In this document: piece by piece, positions 27,225-39,028 of the stretch
Position numbering within the stretch: position 1 is the stretch's first letter
How the letters are laid out: every line of letters starts with the position of its first letter
Source of the DNA: Gnetum montanum
Lineage: Eukaryota > Plantae > Gnetophyta
Direction: 5' to 3'
Length of the DNA stretch: 64,000 nt
Assembly (NCBI GenBank): GCA_015680685.1
Contig: MNCI01001268.1
Coordinates: 294,640-358,639 of the forward strand
Notes under the pieces: generated by a model
What the model was told of the DNA's origin: nothing
The model's input: only the letters and a program-made list of their open reading frames with translations
Databases searched by the model: none
Translations under genes and position numbers: made by a program

Positions 27225-27769
27225 TCAAGCATGGAGACTCTGATAGAGATGGAGAGAAAGCCGCAGTGATGGCAGGGCCTACAGCGGGTGAGCACGCTGC
27301 AAAGTGAGGCTGGAAGACTCATCCATGTTGAGGAGCTGCGGATTGAGATGCAAGTGAGGGTTGGCGAAAGACCAGTCAAAAGCATGCACCAGCGACGAAA
27401 CCATCCACTCCACCATGCGAATCCCCAAAGACATACCAACACAGATTCTGCGTCCCGTGCCAAACAGAATCACTCAAAAATCACCGCCTTTGCTGCTGCT
27501 TCGTCGTTCTGTGTCTAGAAATCACTCTGGAATGAATCGTAGGGGCTCCAACGACATCGCTGGATCACGCTCAATGGCCCATGCATTGATGAAAACGCAA
27601 GCTCCCTGTGGAATTCTGTACCCACCCACCACTGTCTCTTCCATTGTCTCCCTCGGTGGCAACAGCGACGTTGTCGGGTGGATTCACAGAATCTCCTTCA
27701 CCACCGCCCTTACCAATGGAAAATTGTTGAGGTCGTCCTCTGTTACCAGTCGATTCTTGCCTATGGCCA
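27225..27769 (-). pseudogene. C-terminal third of a CYP75-like (flavonoid 3'-hydroxylase-like) cytochrome P450
   Basis: AIGKNRLVTEDDL...VVKEILWIHP...GYRIPQGACVFINAWAIERDP...PLRFIPE*FL...GDF*VILFGTGRRICVGMSLGIRMV...LVHAFDW...LNMDESSSLTLQRAHPL*ALPSLRL. Heme motif present, ExxR broken, three in-frame stops. Confidence 0.9.
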
Positions 27770-30700
27770 AGTTATAGAAAAACTATGATTTAGGACTTAA
27801 GTCAGCGGACTCCACAAGCATTGCCTTGGCCCCTTAGCTTTTGTACCACAGTTTGTAGAGCACGAATCCTCCTTTAGCACTAAAATTCTCGATGATGATA
27901 ATCTTCAGTAGCAGATTTAACACAGTCGGACCCACCACACCCCTGATTGGCTCCCCAGTCTTGGCGTCATTCTGATCCCTCTATTCCCCAATTGCCTCCA
28001 CTATTGCCTCCACTGTCATTGGGTGAGTCTTAGTGGAAAGTGGAAAACTTTTTACTAAGTGATAACGCTAAGTAAACGACTTAGCTAGCTACTCACAACG
28101 ATGCTCAAGCACAGGAGGCACACACTTATAGAAAAACTCCCAATCTTTACTTACATACAAAGTAATAATACAACATGTACAAAGGAATAATACAACACGT
28201 ACAGAAGGTGCCTTTACTCACATACAAAGGAATAATACAACATGTACTCCACCCCCCATGTGAGTAAGCACCTCTTGTATTTAGAGGTGTAGGCGTACCT
28301 AGCCTTTGCAGTACACTTTTGTAACTGGCACTACAAATCTATTACTTGCATATCTAACATAGAGTATGCGCATAACCCATTCTTAGTAATTTCTAGCTCT
28401 GTCTTCCATCCGCTTCACCCCAACTAGTGGTAATAGATATGCATACGTTGCATCTAGACGAATCCAGCTATGGCCCCCTTACATACATTTTGCCTGGCTC
28501 CATTTGTTTTGGTAACTCCAGTTACCCAACCCACTTGCTACGCATGCTACCCAATTCGAGTTACTGAGTGCATGCATGTACTCTGTATTCATCCACAATT
28601 AACAAATATCTTTCCACACCCAGGGCGTGGATCAACTGTAGCTCATGCTAGCCAACACGCGAGGCTTGAACAATGATAGCTCAAGAGGTTGTGACAACCC
28701 CACCTCCACCAAATGAGTCCAACGTCCTCGTCAAAAGTCCTTCTAAGTATAGCTTGATTAACTCCTCGAACTGCCATAAGGTAATGTCACGTTCCCATGT
28801 GGTGTCCTTTTCACTATAGCCCTTCCACTGAACTAAGTTGTCAGTTCATCGATTCTTTTGAGTAGCACCTTCAGTCCGATAGCTAAGAATCCTCTCATCC
28901 ATTTTTCGAAATTCCTTTGTAACACTAGAAGGAACTCTCGAAACTTGTTGCCTCACGACATCCTCATAAAAGGATTCGAGGAAGCTTGCATGAAATTTCG
29001 GATAAAGTTTCATTAACTCCAAAAGTTTCAATCGATAAGCCACATTGCCTACCCTCTTCACAACCTCAAATGGTCCATCGTACTTTTAGAGAAGGCCTTT
29101 GTGATATTGTTTATCAATGACCTTCTTCCAGATTTGAGAAGTAAATTTCAACAAGACCTTATCCCCTTCATTGAACTTGACCACCCTCCAATTCTGATCG
29201 GCATACTTCTTCATGTGCCTCTGTGCCTTGGCTAAGCTATCCTGAGCTTGCTCATACAACTCCTGCTTATCGCATGCAAAGCGATAAACCACTGGGAATT
29301 TTCCTTGCGACTTTGATTTCACCACCTCCAATGGCTTTATGGGTTGATGTCCAAAAACCAACTCTACAAGACTCAACCCCATCGAAGAAGTTTGATGCAA
29401 GTTATAGCAGAATTAGACAATGTCTAACAATGAGACCCAATTCCGCTAACTTACAATTACAAAGTGGCGAAGATACTCTTCGACCAAAGCATTCACTCAC
29501 TTGGTTTGCCCATATGTTTAGGGATGGCTAGCTATGGAAAATTTTAATTCTAAGTCCATCAAAGAGAACAACACCACCCAAACCTTTCCTATGAACTGAG
29601 CATCCTAGTCACTTACAATATCCCTCAGTACCCCGAATATCTTTACTGCATGACAAAAGAAGAGTTTGGTAGTTGCTTCTACTATGCATGCCTAAGGTGC
29701 AACTACAAACATAGCGTATTTTGAGAACCGATCCACCACAACCAATACTGACACCTTTCCATCCACTTGTGAGAACCTTGTGATGAAATCTATGAAAATA
29801 GACTTCCATGTTCGTCCTAAGAGTGGGAGAGGTTGAAGAAGCTCATCTTGCTTCTTCTTCTCTATCTTGTCTAGCTAACATATTAGACATGTTCTCACAT
29901 ACAATTCCACATCCTCTTCCATCTTGGGCCAAAAGTAGCCTCGAGATAGAAGAGTTAACATTCTCTTCACCCCTAGGTGTCCAGCCCATTGGGTATCATG
30001 GGTTTCCCTCATTAGTTCATACCTTAGTCCCTCATCCATAAAAACATACAATCTGTTACCCTGAGCATACAAAAGATTAGCCTCAAGACAATATTTCCTT
30101 ACAAGGCCCTTATGCACCTGCTGTTGAAGTTGACAATAGGTCTTGTCTGCTTCTGCAGCTTCCTTCACTTTGTCGATGAAGTTCGAGTGAACTTTCATCA
30201 ACTCTGCTACATAGGCCTAGAATTCCTTTTGACTTAGTGCATTTGCTACATAGTTCTCCCACCCAGGTCAATGAACCCAATCGAAGTCGAACTCTGCAAG
30301 GTACTCCTACCATCTTGCCTACTTCAGGGAGAGCTTCTTCTGGGTTTTGAAGTAAGTATTGGTGACATTATCCGTGACCACTGTGAATTTCGTTCCAAAC
30401 AAGTAATGCCTTTAGACATTTAAGCAATGCACCACTGTGGTCATTTCCTTTTCGTGAGCAGGATATTGTTGCTCTACCTCTTTCAGCTTCCTACTTTCAA
30501 ACACAACTGAATGTTCCTCTTGAACCAAGACTCCACCAATGGCTTAATCTGACACATCAGTATGAAGTTCAAAGGGAACTTTGAAGTCAAGCAACCATAA
30601 CACTGGTTTTAATATCACAACTTTCTTAATTCATTTAAAGGCCTTTTCATAGGTCTCTGACCAAACCCACACTTGATTTTTCTTAAGTAAATCCATCAAG

Positions 30701-33016
30701 GAGGCTACCTTCCTTGCATAGCCCTCAATGAATCACCTATGGTAGTTTGCAAGTTCTAAAAAGGATTGCAACTAAGGCACCTTCTTTGGAGTGGGCCACT
30801 CCACAATCGCTTTTACTTTTCGATCATCCATTCGAATCTTTCCTTTTGATATTCGGTGATCTAGGAACAAGATTTCTTGAACACTAAATTCACATTTTTC
30901 TTTCTTCACATACAATTGGTTTTCTCTCAACCTTGAGAAAACCCGTCTTAGGTGTTCTACATGAGCCTTCAGACTCTCACTATATACAACAATATCATCT
31001 AGATAGACTACCACTGATCTATTTAGGAAATCATATAGCACATAATTCATCAAATTACAAAATGTGGCAGGGGCATTGGTGAGACCAAATGGCATCACCA
31101 AAAACTCAAAAGAGCCATAACGAGTTACACACACTATTTTTGCTTTGTCCCCAACAACGATGCACACCTGCTAATACCCAAACCTGAAATCTAGTTTGGT
31201 AAAATACATAGCTTTTGACAAATGATCAAACAATTCTGCCACATTTGGCACTGGGTACTTGTTGTTGATGGTGATCTTATTCAATGCCCAGTAATCCATG
31301 CACATCCACAACATTCTATCTTGCTTCTTCTGGAAGAGCATTGGTGCTCTATATGAGGCATTTGAAGGTTGAAAGTAGCTAGCCTCCAACAGCTCATCCA
31401 ATTACTCCTGCAACTCAGCAAGCTCCGTCGGGGGACATGCGATATGGGACACTTGCAGGCGGTCTTGCCTTTGGTTCTAGCTCTATCCGGTAGTCTACCT
31501 TCCTTCTGGGCAGTAAGATCTTGGGCAGCTCTGGTGGCATCACATTTGCAAATTCTGTTAGCAGATCCCCCACACAATCAGGTACTTCCACTATTTGGTT
31601 CTCCTTGATTTCCACTAAGGTAGCCATCATAGTGACTTCACCCCTTTTTACACCCACATTTGTTAGAGCTACTGACTGAAACATCGGTTTAAGCTCTTTA
31701 CATTTGATTGAGATGAAGTTGGATTGCCTTTCATCGACAATCAACATTCCCCTAAGTGTGGTGCCACTAAAGCTTTGGCCCTTACAAAGAATTCAATCCC
31801 CAAAATCAATTCAAAGTCATCTAAGGGAACAACCATAAAGTTACAATTATCCTTCTAGAGGCCAACTCTGAGAGGAGAGGAGATCACACCATGCACTGGT
31901 TGTGCCCTTGAGTTCACCGACTTCACCTTACTCTAGCTCTTGACGATGGTCAAGCCAAGTTTCTCCACCAACCGCTAGGATGCAAAGTTGTTTGTTGCTC
32001 TTGTATCCAACTTTGTCGTCACCTTCTATTTGTTGAGGAAGACCTGTATGAACATCAGCTCATTGGGTGGGCTAGACTTTTGGCACACAAGGATGTTCAG
32101 AAACTATAACAGGTTACACCTCGAGTTTATATTACTGGCATCTCCCTTAGATTCCTCTTGAAGTCTGAGAGTCGTGAGCTTCTCTCTTATGGATAGTTAT
32201 GAGTTTGATATGGTCTATCACAAATGAAGCATCCAGATGAGAATTTCTTATCTTAGAAGGCTCCATCTCCCTTGGGTTTGGAAGATGTCCCCTTCTTCTT
32301 CTTGTCTTTAGGACTTTGATGTTGCTTTGCTCTCTTCTTGCCCTCGTCTTGGGGCTTCTTCTACTCTGAACAGGATTTGAAATTGCCCAACTTATAGTCG
32401 ACCAAGCCATCCATAGTGGCTATGGCCGTTGGCAAATCTTTCACGTTCTGCCTCCTCAACTCTACCTAAGCCCACGGCTGCAACCCTGAAAGAAAGTTAA
32501 ATAGTTTATCCTCTTCAGACATATTCTTAATGTCTAATATTAAGAAATTAAATTCCTTTATATAATCACAGGAAAACTCCCAACCTTTACTCACATACAA
32601 AAGAATAATATAACATGTACAGAAGGTGCCCCCCATGTGAGCAGTACCTTTTGTATTTATAAACGCAGGTGTACTTGGCCTTGTCAATACGCTCTTGTAA
32701 CTGGCACTACAAATCCATTACTTGCATATCCAATATGAAGTATGCACGTAACCCATTCTTCATAATTGCCAGCTCTGTCTTCCATCTGTTTCGTCCCAAC
32801 TAGCGGTAACAAATATGCATGCACTGCATCTGGATGAATCCAGCTGTAGCCCCCTTGCATGCATCCTACGTGGCTTCATCTATTTTGGTTACTCAGTGCA
32901 CTGCACATTCATCTGTAACCAACAAATGTCTTTCCACACCCAAGGCATGGATCAACTGTAGCTTGCGCTAGCCTGCATGTGAGCCGTGGACAATGGGAGC
33001 TCAAGAGGTCATGACA
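27770..33016 (-). mobile_element. Galadriel-like chromovirus (Ty3/gypsy), decayed gag-PR-RT-RH-IN-chromodomain
   Basis: RT TRYGSFEFLVMPFGLTNAPATFCNLMN and VVVYLDDIVVYS; IN HDTQWAGH...CLIC; chromodomain VQWKGYSEKDTTWE. PPT GGTGGAGGTGGGGT beside the LTR start at 28696. 3' LTR ~27770-28696; 5' LTR ~32570-33016 is truncated and fused to gag. Candidate 4-bp TSD GCCA (27766-69 / 33017-20). Left end less certain. Confidence 0.88.
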
Positions 33017-33534
33017 GCCACCATCTAGCAATGTCGTTGCCGTTCCGTTGGGGTCGCTGGGGTCGCTTGGGTGGCTGGTACGGGCTATCAAGGGCTGGTC
33101 CAGCATATAAAAAAATTGGCATTCATATACAAAAATCAAGCTGGTATGCAGTTTTGTAGCCTCGCAAGTTGCGAGGTCAGGTTGTCAATCACCAGTCCCA
33201 GTATCCAACACAAGACCCTGTCACAGCGCTACGAATCTCATGTTCGTCCAATGAGTGCTGTGCTTTCTGTTAGCACAAAGCTTTACGATCTTCTCACGTT
33301 CCATTTATGCATACAGCCAGCAACCATGTAAGAAGAGCAACAGCTACAGGTCGGACGCCTCGTGATTGAAATCATGTCAATGTGACCATGATTCTGTCAT
33401 CAACACCACCTAAAGAACCCAAACGATTAATTATTTCAAAATGTATCACCTGAAAAACCTCATCTATTGCGTACCGTATCTTACCTGAAAATAATTACGG
33501 TGTCTATTACGTTTTTGCTACGTCGTTGCAACAG

Positions 33535-33585
33535 AGAATGAAAACCGTTCTAACAGAAAAAGACAATGAAATTGAATCACTTAAG
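33535..33585 (+). pseudogene. Isolated 51-bp exon-like fragment of a coiled-coil protein gene
   Basis: Acceptor TTGCAACAG, then RMKTVLTEKDNEIESLK, then ATGAGT (one change from the donor GTGAGT). Confidence 0.4.
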
Positions 33586-33649
33586 ATGAGTGCAGGGTCC
33601 TTTGCATCGGGACAACATTTTAGTTTCGACTGCCTCGCATGCGTATCTT

Positions 33650-33945
33650 CAGCGTCATCCCAGAATCCACAATCGTTTTGCCATTGCTGCGTTCGTCGAA
33701 GCTCCACACGAATGCTTCAGATGCAGGTGCTGTGGAACCACCCCACGGCCGAGACGCAAGTAGCTAGGCGCCGGTGGTGACATCATGTAGTCCACTAAAC
33801 AGTAGGAGAAGCGTGCCCCCATCTGATGGACACATCCGATCTGTGAAGCGAAGGAAATGTCGCCGTTGCGGAGCCCCATTACACCCTGCATGCCCACGAA
33901 GTTGCGTCCGCCGAAGCTGGGCCCAGAGCTTCGGATTCCGCATTC
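33650..33945 (-). pseudogene. Internal fragment of a nepenthesin-like (A1B) aspartic protease gene with an internal deletion
   Basis: CGIRSSGPSFGGRNFVGMQGVMGLRNGDISFASQIG...RFSYCLVDYMMSPPAPSYLRLG, then after a frameshift/deletion VWSFDERSNGKTIVDSGMTL (second catalytic DSG motif). The first catalytic motif and the C-terminus are absent from this frame. Confidence 0.85.
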
Positions 33946-34183
33946 CGCTGGCGAATGCTCCACAGGCTCTGCGTTATGCGCCTCTTTAGCACCTCCGCGC
34001 TCACCCAGTTCTCGCCCCTCTGCCACGCCCAAGTCGCAGCGCTGCTGAGCTCCATCCGAAGTGGAGCTCAGTGGCACGCTCAATGCTTGTGCTGCGAACG
34101 TTCTGGGCCTGATTATGATGAGTAAAGCCGTGTTCCCCGACGCCAGCATCGTCGCCGATGACGACGACAACGTAGCGAAGTTC
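33946..34183 (+). pseudogene. Middle fragment (helix C to E) of a CYP75-like cytochrome P450
   Basis: RWRMLHRLCVMRLFSTSALTQFSPLCHAQVAALLSSIR, frameshift, then ELSGTLNACAANVLGLIMMSKAVFPD...AKF. Compare CYP75 RWRMLRKxxxxHLFS and LNVCxxNxLGxxMLxxRVF. Confidence 0.75.
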
Positions 34184-35689
34184 TGCGAACGTCCTGCGAC
34201 GTGTGCCAGTCGTCACCAACCACACCCCTGCTACGCCCGGCCTCGTCGTAAACCCTGTGACCCCTTCCTGCGCGGTGTGGTCGGCTGCCTGCCGTTGATC
34301 CACCATGCTACACTTTGCTCGCGTGGTCTCTTGCTGCTGTTTTCCGATCTACACGTTCTACGGCCCATGCAGGAATGCCAATGGCCCTGAGAGCTTGTTG
34401 CGCAGGCCCAGGCCGAGGACGATGATTTCCTTGGACATGGAGAGCGGTGCAGCAGCAAGGGTTTTTCTGTTGTGTTGCCATTGCACAGCTGCTCCCCCTC
34501 TGTGGTGGCCCTTCACTGCAAGCGTGGCAACGGCAGGATTGCTGCGCAAACGCTGAACGCCCTGACGTCGGCCCCGCTGTCCGTCAGCTCTTTGCTACCG
34601 ACGACTCTGTCAAAACAGATGGCTGCAACATGCCCCTCCTCATAGTGAAGGTAATAGCATCATCCACGCTCAATCTGGCTCCTTAACTTGCCTCTCATTC
34701 AAATTCCACTCGTGCTTTTCATGGACGTTGGTAGTTGGTTTGCAGTAGAGCGGAAATGCAATGCATCCATCCATGAGTATTACAACAGTAATTTCCTTTT
34801 CCAAAGAATTCGACGCCCAAGGGAGGCCGCCACTATGCCTGAACGTGCCGAGCACCAGCTACCCCTCCACCAGAGCTTTTGTGGCGCCGTTGCCGGAGCA
34901 CCTCGTGGAGCCGCGCACGGTGCCTGGACACCTTCTCAATTCAATTTGGTATGATAGTTATACTTTTAGTTTTTTTTTTAATGAAAATGGAGATTTGTTC
35001 TCGCATTCTAAAATAGGGGTTACCAATTTGAGTTACACTTAAAAATTCATTATTATATTTTTATATAATTTTTGTAAAGTATCATAGCTATATATCTTAG
35101 GATGTACTTAGAGTCATTTTGACATCATAAAACTTAAAAATAATTTAGTAATGATTTTTCAATTTTTTAATGGTGGAAATACCTATATCATCATTGTTGG
35201 TTTTATTTTTATATAGGATTCTAAATTTTGTGGTTTTTTATTTTTTAAGAAAACAAACCACATGTACCATAATGAAATTGAGCTTATTTAGCTTTTAATG
35301 TCACTAGGGACTTATTTAATGAAAAACAAAACATAATAAAAGCGTTTGCTTTTTTGCAAAATTTAAAATATTAGATTAAGTTTTTTCAAAAAAGCACAAA
35401 CAAAATCATGGCACCATACTCCATGGTATGAAAAAAAGGTTTATATCGATGTAGCTTTACAAAATGCCAAAATATTAAAAAATGGTTTATATTTTACATT
35501 CATGCAAATGAACGGAAAATTTAGTTAATTCTACCATGAGAGATAGATGTAATCACCCCACGCTAAGCTTGGTACATTTCATTTACGCATCACATGGAGG
35601 CGTGAAAAATATGCACATAGGTGTTAGGTATGTGTCATGCCATTCCAACGAGTCCATCGTTAGAAGATTATCATGATTATCATGCTGAC

Positions 35690-37304
35690 GCTAGTCCAAG
35701 CTTGGATAAAAAAGGAGGAGGATTAGCATTAGGCTAGTTGTAAAACCATGTTAAGTTGCATAGATGCTTTCAAATTTTGCAAATAGTAGAGCATTCTGTG
35801 GATCAGACCCATAGTAGTCATAGGGCTCGGTTGTTGTGGAAATTCAGGAAGGGATTGCTAGGACATCTTATAAAAATGACATGTAACATTGAGATTCAAA
35901 TGTTGCGGAAAGTGGATGGTTTTCATATTACGAATAGATGAGAATAAAGAATCAAGTCTAGCAGCAAAAATTTTAGATGGCAACCTAGTACATTGATACT
36001 CTCATTGGAAAGACCTTTAAAATTGTTGATACCATGAAAAAATGAGAATTAATATAGCTTGCCTAAAAAAAGAAAAAAATAGAGAAAGGGAAAAACCTTG
36101 AGATTTGGATGAAGGCTACAATATTTTATACTTAGGAAAAAAAATTATTTGATCAAGTTCTCAAAATAAGATGGTACTGGTACGTCATAAAACTTACAAG
36201 CATGTATGCTCCACAAATTAGTCTAGAAAACTCCATCAAACAAGATTTTTAGGATTCAATGGATCTAATGCTTTCAAGAAAGAATAGCAAGAAAAAAATT
36301 CCCTAGCAAGAAAGAATATTCATTAGAAGAAATTTTAATAGTAATGTTAGATCTATAAAGATCACATAAGACAACATTCATGAATGATATAATTTGAGGA
36401 GCAAAATGAGATGGCAAATTCAATGCTGCAATTTGTAATTGCTTTCAACTCTGCAATTATAAATATCTATTTCTAAGAAAAGCTAGAACATTTAATTACA
36501 TAGAATAGTGGTATAGATAAAACACAAATTAATTATTTCATACTACACAAAAAAACTACATCATTTGTAAAGAATGGAAGGTCATACCTATTTAAAGCAT
36601 TACAACTTGGCATATGATCATGTATTTAGTTATATAGAGCTTCAAAGGTAGTGTGAGAAGAGGGACTAAATACATAAACTTGTGGAATTTGAAGGTAGAC
36701 AACACCAACTTATTCAAAGAATGATTACTTAAAGAAGGTACTTGAAATTGGAACTATTTGTAGTAATAAAGTGCGATATGCTTTCCAAGATAAGAAAAAA
36801 TGCTTTAAGGATTGACAACAATGTAGAAACCAAGAAGATAGGCTGATATATAAAATGACAAAGAATGAGGCAAAAGTAGTAGTAGCCAAAGCCAAACAAA
36901 AGGCCTTAAATGAAAGAGAAAAATCTATATAGAAATTGGTAAAAATTAGAAACAAAAAATGTAAATATGTAAACAAAAAATTAGAAACAAAAAATGAATT
37001 AGGAAGGTAGATGAGAACACTTGGTAAAAGGTAACGAAATTTTATAAAGATAGAAAAATTACCAAAGAGTATCTAATAAGAAGATCCAAAATTTAGTTTG
37101 ATTAAAAAAGTTTCTTTTTTTGAGGTAAAAAAAACCTTATCTAAGATGGAAAATAGAAAATTTGTCAAAGAAGATAACATTTCTACAAAAGCTTGGAAAG
37201 CATTGAAAGATACAAAAATTTCATGGCTAACACAATTAGTTAACAAAATTTTGAATGATGATAAAATGTTCAAAAAGTGAAGAAAAAACATTGTTGTTCG
37301 TATC
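35690..37304 (+). mobile_element. RTE-clade LINE 5' fragment (AP endonuclease region), truncated by an LTR
   Basis: MAT*YIDTLIGKTFKIVDTMKK/RINIACL, SMYAPQISLENSIKQDF, FIRRNFNSNV, TQINYF and WLTQLVNKILNDDKMFKK*RKNIVVRI follow the plant RTE ORF order. Confidence 0.8.
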
Positions 37305-38629
37305 TGATGAAGTGTCTTTGTTAAGATGCGTTGACATGATCTCATTGAAGCATACTTGTTGATGCATATTCATCGACGAAGTATGTTGTTTTTCCTATAT
37401 AAATGTGCACATTCGTCACATTTATGGTATCCATTGTTAAGTTTCTTAGCAAAGCTCTTGCATTTTGTTCATTTGAAAGTTAGAATATTTTCTAAATGCT
37501 TGCAATAGGAGTTGAGAAGTGTATGACTCTTTATTTGAGCATTGATGTACTTGAACACTTTGATGTGAATGGTAATAAAGACGAGCTTTCTTAATAAACC
37601 TTGCAGTACCTAGAATAACATAGATTTATTTTCAATGTAATTTATTTTAATGCACTTTAAATTCATGTGTGTAGTTAATATGTACATTTCCATGCACATT
37701 AATGAATTGGTGGAATGAGCATGATGAGAGCGGTTACTCTAGCAGTTATTTTAATTATTAGAGCAGTTACTCTAATTACTTGAGTGGTTACTCTAGCTGT
37801 TATTCTAATTATTAGAGTAGTTACCCTAGCAGTTACTTTAGCAGTTATTCTAATTATTAGAGCGGTTACTCTAATTATTAGAGTAGTTGCTCCCAAGCTT
37901 ATAAATACAATGCCCAAGCACACAATTGGAAAGAAGTCTTTTAGCAGTCAAGTAGCGAAACTCTTATAGTCTGTTTGAAAGTTAGAGTATTTTCCAAGTG
38001 CTTGTAGCAGGAGTTCTAAGTGTGGACGGATCTTTATTCAAGCATTGTGTACCTAAACATACCTTGTTTACGAAAATAAAGACGAGCTCTTTGATTCATC
38101 CTTACAGCACTTGAGATTTGTTTTCTTATGCATTTCTTTTATTTTATTTTCTTATGCATTTATTTTATTTTATGCACTTTACATTTTTGTTATTAGCATA
38201 GCAATTCATTTTGATCAATTAGGTAAATTGTTAAATTACACAAGCACGACCACTTCAAGCATGTGTGTAACACTTGGTAACCCAATAACGATTAGCGTTT
38301 GGTAATCCTAGTAGTATTGCACTGGTTCAGGATGTGTAGGGAAAGTGGGAATGGATGCTGGTGTTAGGATTAGTTAGAACTTAGTTAATTAGTAGTTAAG
38401 TTAAATTAGTCACTAAGTTACCTCTCTCCTTCCCTACTATCGCAGGACATAAAAACATAAAAGCTATAAAAATTGTGACATATAGGTAAGCTTGGGAAGA
38501 CAACAATCAACCAACTCGTCCTTGTTCCACAAGGGCACATAAGCACTTAGTCCTTGAAATTTGACCGAATCATGCCTGAAATGCTCATATTCGTATGGTT
38601 GAGCGTAGGGGCACCTCACCGCTCATCAT

Positions 38630-38647
38630 TGGCACCGTTGCTGGGGA
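38630..38647 (+). promoter_or_regulatory. Primer binding site (tRNA-Asp type, Athila)
   Basis: TGGCACCGTTGCTGGGGA, 1 nt after the 5' LTR; two transitions from the Athila consensus TGGCGCCGTTGCCGGGGA. Confidence 0.9.
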
Positions 38648-39028
38648 CTTAGTTGTTTTTGCGCTAACTAGAACATAGGAAATCATTCATGTCATTGGAA
38701 TGAACCCTTAGGATTGGTTGAGAAAATAATAAACAAGCATACATTGCACATTGAATAGACAAGTATGTCTCCTTCTTCGTACGAAAGTGCCTCACTGCCT
38801 AGGTCTGAAATAGGAAACAGTTGGTGGCATAATACACATGATGTTGATCTGCCAGTCCCTCAACAAGTTTGAGTGGTATACATTCATCCCGATGAGTATA
38901 TACTAGACTTCACCTTTATCCTCCATCAAGACGAACAACTGTGTTGGTGAGACTTAGAAGGTAACATAGTGTTACCTCCCGATCATTCAATCCTGAGCAT
39001 GCTTCTTCATGCTCTCACATGAATTGGC

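Noticed and set aside
28060-28066. TGATAAC as the left end of the Galadriel LTR
   Set aside because: Flank CTAAG does not match the right flank; 27770 gives a GCCA duplication and restores P450 sequence.
33195-33225. Minus-strand LVLDTGTG as the first catalytic motif of the aspartic protease
   Set aside because: Flanking residues (GTP before, SDLxW after) are absent and the frame is closed on both sides.
33655-34170. 171-aa ORF as an intact gene
   Set aside because: It is a chimeric read-through of antisense P450 sequence into a protease fragment; no complete domain.
34882-34896. TGGCGCCGTTGCCGG, a 15-nt match to the Athila tRNA-Asp PBS
   Set aside because: No LTR end upstream and no gag downstream; it lies in GC-rich gene-like sequence, so probably chance.
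34810-34925. LCLNVPSTSYP...FVAPLPEHLVEP as the aspartic protease C-terminal part
   Set aside because: Only faint resemblance to LCxNVS...FVPP; cannot be supported without a profile search.
37730-37890. Regular repeats that could be read as a CRISPR array or a repeat protein (ITARVTALII ORFs)
   Set aside because: No unique spacers; they are 12/21-bp tandem units inside both LTRs of a plant retrotransposon.
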